NCBI GenBank assembly: GCA_000320545.1 | Contig: ADNK01000505.1 | Location: 31,597-95,596 of the forward strand | Length of the DNA: 64,000 bases | Direction of reading: 5' to 3' | Origin: Bigelowiella natans CCMP2755 | Taxonomy: Eukaryota > Protista > Cercozoa | Part shown: piece after piece, positions 14,556 through 27,376 of the stretch | Numbering within the stretch: position 1 is the first letter of the stretch | Layout: each line of letters starts with the position of its first letter | The notes under the pieces: model-generated | What the model was told of the DNA's origin: nothing | The model's input: the letters and a program-made list of their open reading frames with translations, nothing else | The model's database searches: none | Program-made: the position numbers and the translations under genes

Positions 14556-16006
14556 TGTAAATACGACGTTAGAATGATGTCACAAGCGTGAGTATGTCTA
14601 TGTTTTAAAAGGCATATCATCATCATCATCATCATCATCATCTGTTGTTGTTATTGTTGTTGTTGTTGTCTTTCTTTCTTTCTTTCTTGATGGGCACAAC
14701 CTAAACTGATTTGGAACTCATTCATCGCCCCTCCCGAGCCACACTGTAATAAATTCAATTCAATTCAATGATAGAGTTGTTCCACAGGAAAGAGGAGGAG
14801 TAGCAGTAGAAGGGAATAAGTAATATGTTACGCGACGACTAATTAACACGAAACAGCATCCTAATGCTGATCAGTATAAATGTATGTACACGAAACCACA
14901 CTCTCAGAGCAATAGATACTCCATTTCGATTCTGTTGGCCGACATAGAAGAAAAGTGATAAATAATCATCACCTTGTACTCAATGATCGCTTTCATCGGT
15001 GCGGCATAGCTCATGAGCGACTGGCGACATCGAAACGGCATCATTTCGAGACCCTAAGAAGAAGGAAGATGGAGATGATGAATGAGGAGAAGAAAGGGGG
15101 CAGTAATGATAAGATGGAAGCCCTCATCCCTCCCTCCACTCTTTGTGTGTGTGTGTGTGTGTGGTAGGTAGCGGCTCTGCTCTACTTTGGCATCTAAAGG
15201 TTTTCCGACGGACCTGTGCGACAACACACAAACCAAATAGTAGCGAGAAAAAGAAGAGAATCAAGGAGAGAGACAAATAACAGCATGGGGCAGGTCCTCA
15301 ATGAACACTGCAGAAACATTGCATGTTGTGATGTGATGAATGACAACATACACGCTGCGGATGTTGAGATGGAGGCTGGGATGTACGCCTTTCTTAGCAT
15401 CCAGGACCAATGGAGTTAGCTGTCAAAGGGGTTAGGTTCAACGAGAACAAGTTGTCTTAGTAGACAGCAGCAGCAGAACAACTTTGTTGCCAGCTTAGAA
15501 GAAGAAGAAGAAGAAGAAGAGAATATAGTAGCCATGGTATTAGAATGGAGAGGGGAAGGGGATATATTTGTACATTTTCTACTGTTTCCTGCAAAGCGTC
15601 GATGAAATAATCGAACGATCTCACATGAGGGGCGACAAGCTGTAAGTTATTATAAACGTATATATAAATCAAACAGATGACCAAGACGTATCAGTGCATC
15701 TTTTGATTAAAATTGTGGAGTAGGATCCCCATCCATTAAGATGATTTGCGGACACACACGAAACAGTAGTAAGTAAGTATTAAGATGCTTTGCAGACACA
15801 CATTGAACAGTAGTTTGTAAGCAGTACAACAGGTGGATGGATGGATGCAGGCAACAACATGAATAATTAGGCCAGACACCAGCAAGCACTTCTTTGTTTA
15901 CCTTTTGAAGCAACATGAATCGAAGAGCATTATCTTGATTGCCACGATCATCTGTACTTCTCCCGGGTGGTGACAATTCTTCTTTTTTCTCACCGGACCC
16001 ATTCAT
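1223..16006 (-). CDS. RPA2: DNA-directed RNA polymerase I second-largest subunit (RPA2/POLR1B), about 50 or more short exons
   Basis: GT-AG exon chain traced from [10 protein letters not shown] (16006) to TGA at 1223-1225. It passes through [183 protein letters not shown] and [19 protein letters not shown]. The [22 protein letters not shown] segment is diagnostic of Pol I rather than Pol II or III. Confidence 0.96.
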
Positions 16007-16123
16007 TGGAATATATTTATTTCAAACTCTGCTGGTGATTAAAAGAAGGAAGAGCACATTCTTAGTCTAGCATTCGCCTATTTCCCAAATCAACATCCTG
16101 CCATAGATTCTTGTGGTGTGTGT

Positions 16124-16161
<38 letters not shown>

Positions 16162-17008
16162 TGAATAAAAATTAGACGTGATCATCTTGGCGGGGGGTGT
16201 GTGAGTTGTCTGTCGGTTCTATCCACTAGTTTTTATCAGCTCCCTAGCATCACTACCACTAGCTTTACTACGTGTGCTACTACTAGAAGACGGTGGGATG
16301 GATGGACGGATGGATGGATGGAGAGCACTTCGGATGATGGTAAGGGTGACCTCCACCTGACCCAACTCTAACCACTTACCCCCACTTCGTCTACCTAAAC
16401 TTTTAGTCTTTTATCATTAGATGTTTTATCGTATAAATACTTTCCTAATATTTTGTACCTGTACCTCATTTTATTTGTAAACCAAACATTGTACCTACAC
16501 TAATTTAGATGTTTCCTCGATAATAACTAGACAGATGATCAATATGGATTTCAAAGCCAACTCATCTCGGCGATATTACACAAAGATTTCTCCGGGAAAA
16601 AAAAGAATTCGTGAGCGAGTCGCAGTGCGAAAAATGCTAATTCTGAAGTCGAAATTGGAAGCAATCAAGAGAAAAATATCGTTCCTTGTGGAAGTGGCGG
16701 ACAAGTGACGGGTAGTAACGGTCTCCAATAATTTCCAAAGGCTCTCTACAAAATCTCTCATTTCTCGTCGCCAACTTCTCGGACTGGTCCGTACTCCCCC
16801 TCCCCGCCCTTTCCCTTGCATTAATACGCAATTGAACCTGAAAGTGACGTGGAATTTTTTGATGTTTGAATGTTCAAATATCATCCTGTTTTGGTGAAAA
16901 AATTGAGAATCACAGTATAGGGAATACATGAATGAAGGAAAATTATTAAGAAAATTATCAAACTTCTTCTAAATTTAGGGGAGCAGGACCCCCAAGAACC
17001 AATTGACA
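16007..17008. promoter_or_regulatory. Divergent (bidirectional) promoter region between RPA2 and ABCE1
   Basis: About 1 kb between two divergent ATGs. The central part (16560-16920) is CpG-containing and free of microsatellites. Confidence 0.6.
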
Positions 17009-19033
17009 ATGGCGAAGAAGAAACATCAAAAAAAACAACAACAAGATGGTGGGGGATTAACACGAATTGTTATCGTAGACAAGGACCGATGTAAGCCTAA
17101 AAAGTGCCGCCAGGAATGTAAGCGCAATTGCCCTGTTGTGAAGACGGGGAACCTCTGCATTGAGGTGGAGCCTAAGTCCAAAATGGCGACTGTCTCTGAG
17201 GATCTTTGCGTTGGTTGTGGTATCTGCGTGCGGAAGTGTCCTTTTGAAGCACTTAAAATCGTTAACTTGCCAAAGAACCTCGAGAACGAGACGACTCATC
17301 GATATGGGCCTAACGCTTTTAAGCTTCATAGACTTCCAACGCCGCGACCAGGACAGGTGCTCGGTTTGGTTGGTACGAATGGTATTGGAAAGTCGACAGC
17401 GCTAAAGATTCTTTCATCAAAAATGAAGCCGAACCTCGGACGTTTCCTTCAGCCTCCCGACTGGCAAGAGATTGTCAAGAACTACCGTGGGAGTGAGCTG
17501 CAAAATTTCTTCACAAGGTTGCTTGAGGACGACATCAAAGCCATTGTCAAGCCACAGTACGTTGACCACATTCCCAGACGAATTAAAGGCACTGTGGGAG
17601 GTATTCTGAAGAAACGTGACGATCGTGGTGTTGCCAAACGTTTGGCCAAGGAGTTGGATCTTATGCATATAGTAAAGCGCCCAATCGACAAGCTATCTGG
17701 AGGAGAACTCCAGCGGTTTGCTATTGGTGTAGTTGCGATCCAGAAGTACGACATTTATATGTTTGACGAGCCTTCCAGGTGACAAATGTGTACTACTACT
17801 ACTACTACTACTACTACTGCTACTACTAACAACAACAACTAGATCCTGATTCGTCTGATCTTCCTTCCTATTAGTTACCTTGATATCCGACAACGGCTGA
17901 ATGCTGCTCTTGTGATTCGAGATGTTTGTAACAACACCAAGCGTTTCTGTATCGTCGTGGAACATGACCTCAGCGTTCTTGACTATCTCTCGGATTTCGT
18001 ATGCTGCTTGTAAGTATCAAACACACCCACACGGAAGAAGGAAAAAAGAGAATCACAGCCTCTGCGTAAAACCTTCCTCCTTCCTTACTAACAATGATGA
18101 TTCTGGTTATCCTTCCTTGCACAACAATAGGTATGGCAAGCCTGGTGCTTACGGCGTCGTGACGATGCCATTTAGTGTCAGGGAGGGAATTAACGTGTTC
18201 CTAGCTGGTTTTATTCCAACAGAGAATCTACGATTTCGCGACGACGAGCTCAATTTCAAGGTCTCAGAGGCTATTGATGATAGAGACGTAGGCAGTGAAC
18301 ATAACGATTACAAGTACCCTAAGATGACAAAGACTTTAGGCGACTTCAAGCTACATGTGGAAGAGGGTGGTTTCTCTAAGTCAGAGATCATCGTTTTGCT
18401 GGGTCAAAATGGGTGTGGAAAGACGACTTTCATCCGCATGCTAGCAGGTCTTGTTCCACCCGATGACGACGCTAAGGAACTTCCTAAGCTGCACGTCAGC
18501 TATAAACCACAGAAGATAAGTCCAAAGTTTAAGGCATCTGTCCGAGTGTTGCTACACAAAAAGATTCCTGGATCTTACGTACATCCACAGTTCGTGTCAG
18601 ACGTGATGCGGCCGTTGAACATGGACGACATCATGGATCGTCAAGTCAGAAACCTTTCCGGAGGCGAGCTGCAACGAGTTGCCCTGGCCCTTTCACTTGG
18701 TAAACCGGCTGATATATACCTTCTCGATGAACCCTCCGCATATCTCGACTCCGAACAGCGTATCCTGGCTGCTAAGGTAATCAAACGGTACATTCTGCAC
18801 TCAAAGAAAACAGCATTCATCGTGGAGCACGACTTCATCATGGCAACCTACCTGGCCGACAAAGTGGTGGTATATAGCGGTAAACCTGGTATTGAATGCA
18901 CAGCCCACAAACCTGTATCACTTCTGGAGGGAATGAACGAGTTCCTCAAGTCTCTAGAGGTTGTAATAATTATATTAAGCAATATTCATTTATAAAATGT
19001 AAATATGTAGTACATGTAGGATTATCTAAATAG

Positions 19034-19069
<36 letters not shown>

Positions 19070-19334
19070 TATGTTACATCGCAATAGCCTTATGGATCAC
19101 TAGTTTCCCCGCTCCTAACTAATATCCACGACTACTCTAATCCATCAGATTACCTTTCGACGAGACCCGACGAATCATAGGCCTCGCATCAATAAGAAGG
19201 GATCCGTCAAAGACTCGATGCAGAAGAAGTTGGGAGCATATTTCTATATGGATGATGATGATGATCCTGATGATAAAAACGTTCCTGCTGCTGCAGTACC
19301 CGAACAGAAAAGCAAAAAGGGCGGCAAAAAATAA
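17009..19334 (+). CDS. ABCE1: ABCE1 / RNase L inhibitor (RLI1), ribosome recycling ATPase; exons 17009-17778, 17875-18009, 18131-18959, 19149-19334
   Basis: N-terminal Fe-S motif ([16 protein letters not shown]...[13 protein letters not shown]) and two ABC cassettes ([25 protein letters not shown]; [25 protein letters not shown]). C-terminal [16 protein letters not shown]. All three introns are GT-AG and phase-consistent. Confidence 0.98.
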
Positions 19335-19629
19335 TTTAGTACTCTACGAAAGCCGCTGTGCTGCTGCGCTCGCATAATCAAATAGCCTCTATCACACTGA
19401 TGCAGAATGAGAGGCAGTTTTGGGGTTAGTCACCTGCCTGATTAAAACTATTCGCGATCGAATGCATCACTCTCTACCAATCCCTAGTCTAGCAATTTCA
19501 AACAAACTGGAGTTGTACTCAATTACATGTCCAATTACATGTCTAACAATAATATTCATTCCAATTCAGTTTATGATTTATGACAAATTGGTACTGAAAA
19601 ACACTACTTATATGTTTTCTCCCACAACT

Positions 19630-20200
19630 ACACCTTCTTGACCTAGCTGATGAGGACTGGCGATTCGCTAGCTGCTCGATCTGCTGAGTTTATCATACAA
19701 GTCATCACTGAGTTGAGATGCTGCCACGCATATGTGTGCGTGCTCATGCATCGCACAGCAATATACGCACGATCACACGGATACGTACACATTGAGCATT
19801 AAATCCATTGAGCATTAAATCAGATGTTGTGTGTGCATGTGCAGCGTTGTAAGATCTATAGATCTAGAGATTACGATTAAGAACAAGAGCCATGCTAGCA
19901 TGTTTTAATGACATTCTCATCGCTGGTATAACGGTAGTAAGTGCCGACGTGACACGATGCTACGACGCCTACGTACTTTGATGCTTGCACTTACAGAGCT
20001 ATAGCTAGATAGCGCGGGCAAGCTATAGATAGAGATGAATTCGTAAGTGCTAGAGTGCTGATCCTGTGTACATACATGCTAGTATGGCTATTAGCTGTGC
20101 TAGCAGCGATCATGGAGCAATGTCTAGATGTGGTCGTGGCGGTATCATTATAGATCTGATAAGAAATGCTCAGTAGCAGCTAATAAAACCCTATCAGAAC
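19630..20200. other. Weak CTAG/AGCT/CATG-rich island between convergent ABCE1 and S/T/P-protein 3' ends
   Basis: Many GCTAGC, TCTAGA and AGCTATAG words in the same style as the other islands, but TA is only partly lost. Confidence 0.55.
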
Positions 20201-20218
20201 AAGTCATGCATTCTTCTT

Positions 20219-23038
20219 TCATAGTTTCAGCTTCCTCTCGGTCCTATCATTTACGTCCTCGTTGACAACGTGCCGTTGTACACTGACTAGACCCCTGGAC
20301 CTTGTAGGTGTTTGGCCACCTTTTCCTCCTCCTCCTCCACTTCTTGCATCTGCCATGATCTCCTTCCGGACGACTCTGAGGACGGCGGCGTGTTGCTTCC
20401 GGAGCTTCTGTTCAAGTCCACTTACACTCTCTCGCATAGCAGCATGAAACTCCTGTTTGACTTTCTCAATGGCCTCATGATGATCATCCAAGGCAATCCC
20501 TGAAATAATAAGAAGATAATGTGGTTTTGACCATTTTGGGATATATATCAGCAAGCAATGGGCGTTTAGTGTTGTGCATGTATCTATGAGAGAAGCCACT
20601 TGACAGGTGATTGTTGCATGTATACGTCGTTAATGTGTGCTGTGTGAATCATGATCGGAATAATGGGGGGAGGGGAGGGAAATCACAAAGTACCATGACT
20701 GTTCCTGAATGATCATCCGTTGTTGTAGTAGTTATTCATGAATCAAAACATAACGTCAAGCAAGAAAATTGCTCGCATGTAATACCAACCAACATTAACC
20801 ACATGATCATCAACTGTAAAAATCAACGGTAGTAGGGCAGCAAGAGATGTCTTTCGATTTAGATGTTATGTTTTAAAAATGCATGAATGCTAAAGCTATC
20901 TTGTCTTTATGTTGTTGAGTTGATGGGGGTGGGTGCTGTTACCGTAAATAGGCATCATCGTCAATATTCCGCAATTCCTCTGATTCGTCGCTTTTATGAT
21001 CATTGTCAACTCCAACAATGTTTGGCAAAGATGATGATGCCTGCAATCTCAGAAAAGATGTTGGTGATTGATTTCTTCTTCCAGTATTATTATTTACCAT
21101 CTCTACAGCGGTGTTGGGGTTCGCCGCCGCACTGGAAAAATGGTTGTTGTTGTTGTTGTTGCGGTGGCTATGGGGAGAACGACGAGCTTTGATCTTGTAA
21201 TTTATTGGTCTAGTGTTGCTGCTGGTGCTTATTCTACTACTATTACTACTACCACCGCCGCCGCCATTACAATTTAGTTTGGTAAGGCTTGTAGTAGTAC
21301 TAGTCACCAGCATTGGGTTACTTTGATGAAATTGTGCATCCTCATCATTTCTTACATAGTATACTTCATTTTCAGCTATGTAACCCTTGCGCTGCTGCTG
21401 CTGCAGCATATTTTTTGCCTCCCCCTAATTTGTCGATGATAGCCAAATCAATAATATGGGATGGGTGTTGAAAGCATTTTTGTTGCTTGCCTATTGCCAT
21501 ATATTAGACTAGGATATACAAATCATAGTTTTAATAAAACGCGTTATTACCTGTACTTCTCCTCGAATCATCTCCGTATCATCGTGGGCAATCACAGATA
21601 GACGTATGCTATTGTTGTTTTTCTTTGGAGTTAAAAAGGTTGCCGCCTTTTTTTGTGTGTGCTGCTGGTAGTACCCAGTAGGATGATACTCATCATTATC
21701 ATCATCATTATCATAATCTCTCATGTAGTATTTGGCGGCTGCTGCGCCTGATGATTTCTTAGGAGAATTAGCAGTTGAAGCAGTGCGCGACACTGCTTCT
21801 AACTCCAAATGCCTTTTGATTCCAAGGTAGCAAAAGGTTCCCACAATGAGCACGCAGACAACAGTCACAACAACTATACCATACCAAGGGAATGCTTCAT
21901 CTCCCTTTTCTGATTCTTGTGTTGCCGTTGAAGGGGAAGAGCCGCCACTAGAATCCACTGAAGCAACTGTGGCAATAACACTTGGATTGCCATAGGTAGA
22001 AACAACCGACGCTCCAATATATGCCGTTGGATTGTTCATCAAATTGTTTCGAATGGAGAGCGCATCTCCAGCAAGTTGCCGTACTCTAAATTCCAATATA
22101 ACACTACCACAGCTTGCCAGTAATGTCTACCAAAACATGTTAAATGGATAGTGAGACTTGTTCGTAATTATATGTTAAAAGGTGAATGTTACAATGAATG
22201 AGGAGCTATCTAGGAGTAGTTGCTAAAAGTATACAAAATGAGGTGTAGCTGAATCAATGAGGAGGTTGATAAGAGATTGCATTTCATCTCTCTTCCTTCC
22301 CTGTCGTGTATCAAAGGGATTTTCTGGATTATTACCAAAGAGTCTGAATCGAGAATATTTAAGGTGCGAACCAGATGCGTCTTGACCTCTAGGAGAATAG
22401 TTTCCCGTAATGAGCAATCTGCTAGTGCAAATGTTAGGGTTCCTTCCAGTATTTGACTTGAAGTTGGCACACTGGTACCTATTATTATTATCATTATTTT
22501 ACGTGGTGGTAGCTTGCGTTAGTGCGCTTTTAGCACTACTACTACTACTACTACTACTACTACGTGTCTGCTGCTGCTGCTGCTGCTGCTCTGTGATGGA
22601 CTACGACATTATATGATGATGTATCGTAAATAGGTTGCACTAAATAATGATAATCAAATCAAGCTGTGGATCGTCGGGAAGTATCAATTGAAAAAGTATG
22701 TTTCCGGCAGCAACTCGTCGTCTATTGGACTCTGTACTTTGCCAATGATCATCATCATAGTAATATTCAAGTAGTAGTAGTACTTGTGTATTAGTACTGC
22801 TTACTAGGAGCTGTAGAAGTTGGAGAACAAGTAGAGGGTAAGCTGCTTGGAGATTGTGAGACAGGTGTCATCGTATGTGGTGTCATCGTTGAAGGCATGT
22901 ACGATGTGGGAGAAATAGTTGGACATTGTGAAGGCGATTTACTTCCTGTGTAGATAGGAGCCGAACAACTGCAACTCAATTTCGGTTACAAAAGTCTACT
23001 ACATATCAGATTCTAATTTAGCATAATATTAATTTTTT

Positions 23039-23085
<47 letters not shown>

Positions 23086-24724
23086 TCATAAAAAAGGCTG
23101 GTGCTGCTGGTGCTGCAACATACTTGGAGAGAACGTCGGTTGGCTGGTTAGAGGAGAAAGGGAGGGAGAAGATGTAGAAGGAAACGAAGTAAGAGGAGAA
23201 TTCGTAGGAGCTGCCGTGATCGGGCATATGGTTCTTGGAGAATGGCTAGGGTGGGCAGTGTGGGGAGATATTGAAGGACATAGTGTTGCTGGCATTTGTG
23301 ATGTAGGATGTAGAGTGCTTGGGCTAAGCGTTGAGGGTGCAAAACTCTGAGGGGAGAGAGTCAACGGGAATGATGTAGAAGGAGAGTCCGTCGTAGGCGC
23401 TACCGATGTGGGAGAGGTTGTAAATGGGGATGATGTGAAAGGAGAATATGTCGTAGGCGCTCCTGATGATGGAAATGAAGTAGACGGAGAGTGTGTTGTT
23501 GGAACTCTTGTTGTGGGCACCACTGAAGAGGGAGATTGTGAGGAAGGAGCTTTTGTTGCAGGAGAGAGAGTTACTGGTGTTGTTGTGAAAGGAGACACCT
23601 TTTAAAAATTAAAAACAATATCGAAATTATTGCACGCATCTGCTTAACTTCTCACTGTATTTTTCAACGATGCCGATAATTCATATTTTTAAGCTACAAT
23701 CAAATGTTGAAGGATTACAGTCGTTGGCTCTCTTGTCGTTGGTTGCTTCGATTTTTCCGTAGGACTTAACGATAGCGGATGAGAGGTTAAAGGGCTTCTA
23801 GTTGTGGGAGATAGCGTGAGTGGCGACTTTGTTGATGGCGTTGACGTGGATGGTGTAGCTGTGAAAGGACTCATCGTGGATGGAGAGAACGATTGAGGCG
23901 AACATGTTGTTGGAGATGCAGATATTGTTGGGTTTGCAGTTTGTGGTGACATAGTTGTCGGGCAGCCTGCATATTGCTCAGTATTAATAATAAGGATTAA
24001 GATGATGATGATTATGATGATAGTGATCCACTAATGAACAATATCAGTTATTTAAAATTTGGACTTAGTTTTTATCTGAAGTATTCAAGTCTTCTTATGT
24101 GGCAAATACGTACAAATTTTAGGTAGTTTTTGCGAGAGGTTACTACCTGATGGCGCAATAGTAGTGGCATCCATACAAATACATCCCATGTAGCATTGCC
24201 CGCTTACTGCAAAGGTGCAGAAATCCGTCATTTTTTGCAATATTATATAAATAACTGAAACATATTCGTTCACCATTACCTGTATTATTTGGATTGTATG
24301 CATATTGAGAAGAACCAGCATCCTCCAATCTACAGGCTGATGGTCCGTTACTCGTTGTATTAGTTAAAGTGAATGCCCTACAATATGTTATATGTGTGGA
24401 TGGCGTAAATATGACTAATATTGTTCAAAGTAGGATCAAATCTTAACTTTGTTTTTAATAACTCTACCCGCTGTGAGTCGCGGTGATGCCATTTATGCAG
24501 TGTTGATAACTTGGGGGTTCCAACAACCCTGTTGCTACGCAGCCGTTGTCACCGTTGATCAACTATCGAAACGTAACGTATTGCTCCGTGAAGTGGGACA
24601 ATTAACATAACGGGATGAGATTTGTACTTACTGAATGAAATCCGGCGAAAGACACTTCGAAGTAGAGAAGCAGATAGGAGATGATTTGGATCTCCAGTTT
24701 CGGTACACCCTTGAGACTGCTCAT
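20219..24724 (-). CDS. Type I membrane glycoprotein with signal peptide, small Cys-rich domain, long (S/T)-x-(S/T)-P-(S/T) mucin-like stalk, TM helix and low-complexity cytoplasmic tail
   Basis: MSSLKGVPKLEIQIISYLLLYFEVSFAG is signal-like and is followed by a GTAAGT donor. Repeat exons lie at 23689-23952, 23086-23598 and 22791-22979. The TM segment is FPWYGIVVVTVVCVLIVGTFCYLGIKRH (about 21810-21900). Tail exons lie at 20939-21409 and 20219-20500. Both ends of the model are uncertain. Confidence 0.7.
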
Positions 24725-25546
24725 CCGATCCTCAAATATAGGACAACTGCGAATTGGCTTCGGTATTGCCTGCTTTCACGAACAAGTAAACAAATGAGAA
24801 AGCTAGCTTCATAAGACTTGTGTGCCGAATCTTATCAAGAGCGGTAGTGATGTCCACCTTTTTCTCCTACTCCATTATTATTCACGATATCTTCCTCTTC
24901 CTTCTCCTAGTCCGAATAAATCTAGTAGATGCGGGTGTTAAGGAGCTTCTTCTTCTCCTCCTCCTACTCTCATTATCAATCAGTTAAAAAGAGATGATGC
25001 TTTGCTTTTAGCTGTTACTGCTTCGCGCCATATCTGCAGCAACTGGGTAGTAACGGTACTGATATCATATCAGGTATAAACACAGATGATCATTTGGTAA
25101 CGACATCGCATTCGATGCAAAATATGAAATCTAAGTATATGCAGTTGATCTTGAAGCTACGACATGCATTTTGAGGACTGAGATTCTACCGGTAAACCCT
25201 GATCGTCGTCCCTGACTCGTTGGTCGCACAGCTTCTCTAAATAATCTCGTAGTAGCCTGTTAGTAGGAGGGAAGGTAGTACTCGGAATGAAGAAAACATG
25301 CAACCATTTGTGGAAGAAGCTGATGATAGTGCAACTTATATTATTCGCCTGTGATTGATCTGTACGCAGCGCTTGACGGTGGTTTGTGTATGGCCTTATT
25401 TGGAGAAATTGCTGTTGATGAAGGAGGGCATCATCGTGGATCATCAGCAGACGAGCAGCAGAAGAACAAAGAAATTACTGTTAAAGCATCAACTCGCCAT
25501 ATATCTAGCACCTCCTTTTTTGCTCACGCTTTCAATGTAATTTTCG

Positions 25547-25597
<51 letters not shown>

Positions 25598-25637
25598 GTC
25601 CTTAATGAGAACAAATGCCTAGTATTAAGTTACATTC

Positions 25638-25917
25638 ATGTTTCTTAGTCTAGTAATTCTTCGCACCAGCAGCGGTATTAGCTGGAACAGTAGAGGAGCT
25701 TCTGTCAAAATGATAAAGAACTACTACTACAAGGGGGGGGGGTCATCATCGATGCAGCTACTGCTTGGGGGGGGCATTAGTATGCGGCGGCAACACAGCA
25801 GCAGAAGCAGCAGCAGCTATTATTATCCATGGCAGCAGCTTCGAGCAGGGTTGTTTACCACAACCAGTATGAGCACTGGATCTTCATTAAATACTGGTGT
25901 TGGGTCTGCTACCACCG

Positions 25918-25948
<31 letters not shown>

Positions 25949-26165
25949 GTCCTGGTGGTGTTGTTCTCCATCTAATAGTTTTCATCAATTTATGCCGACG
26001 ACGCAACCCTGGTTTTCTTCTTCATCATCATCATCATCATCACGCATGAATCGAGGTATCATGATTGTTCTAGAGAGAGGGGGAAATGACCATAAACGAC
26101 AGAGTACAAATAACCACCAATTAGAATTTCCTGTTGTTGTTGGGCGTGCATGGTGTTTGTGTGTG

Positions 26166-26233
<68 letters not shown>

Positions 26234-27345
26234 TAGAGAGCACCACGCATGAAGATAATAACATCTAAACTTATCGTTTTCTCGGAAGGAGAGAGAGAGG
26301 GTTGGAAAGTAGCTTGTTAAGACGGAATCTTCTTGTCGGTATCGTCGTCTGTATTTAGGCAGCAGCAAAACAGGTCTTTCTCTTCTCCTTCGAGCAGCAG
26401 CAAATGCAGGTTGTCGTTATTGAACAACAACAATAACAATAACAACAACAAAACATCTATACCATATGAGTAGGGAGGAGGAAGAGAACAAAGGGTGGTA
26501 TTATGATGTGAATGCGATACTACTAATATCCATATCATGTAGAGAACAAATGGTAGTATTATGATGTAAATACGATACTATTACTAATATCCATATCATG
26601 TAGAGAACAAATGGTAGTATTATGATGTAAATACGATACTATTACTAATATCCATATCATGTAGAGAACAAATTGTAGTATTATGATGTAAATACGATAC
26701 TATTACTAATATCCATATCATGTATGGATTATTTCTCCTACTATCTATCATAGGACATTGCAGCAAAGGCACCAACACCTCCTCCTCTTCGTCGTCATCA
26801 TCATCATCATCATCTTGTTCTTCTTCTTCTCAAAGAAAGGTAACTACTTTAGTTGTGCATATTCCAATGCTGCACATATTAGTGCTTTACTTGTTTGTTA
26901 CCGTGAATTTCCATGGTGGATTAATACATTGTAGAAGGAGTGAGTAGGAAGAGTAGTTGAGGAGGAGGGGGGGGAGAAATAAGTATAGTCATTTCTCTAC
27001 GATGTTCCTCGTAATCTAGGAGGGAGAAGAAGAAGAAGAAGAAGAAGAAGAAGAAGAAGAGGCATTTGTTTTGTGAAACAATAAATCTGAATCATCATCT
27101 TCATTATCATCATCGTTGTTCTCATATTTACCTCCAACCTCGACTTGAATAGGCTAAATTAGAGGAAGAAGCAGCCCCATCCTCATCATTATCATCATCA
27201 TCTTCTTCTTCCTCTTCTTCTCCTTCCTATTCCTTCCGGGCGATACCAGCAGCAGCAGCAGCAGTTACAAATGATATAAAGGCAATATCATTTGATTTCA
27301 CAGGAACATTAGCCAAGGTAGTAGTAGTAGTGGTGATTGTACAAA

Positions 27346-27376
<31 letters not shown>

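Noticed and set aside
16570-16690. AATATCG/CGATAT as a shared motif of the divergent promoters
   Set aside because: It also occurs repeatedly in introns and exons (for example near 1373, 12162, 23618, 41704, 55985), so enrichment cannot be shown.
25157-25444. 95-aa minus-strand ORF as a separate gene
   Set aside because: No recognisable motif. It may be 5' UTR or an upstream exon of the S/T/P protein, and is unresolved without RNA data.
26483-26723. Minisatellites (also 52331-52532) as CRISPR-like arrays
   Set aside because: They are head-to-tail repeats with no unique spacers, in eukaryotic introns, with no cas genes.
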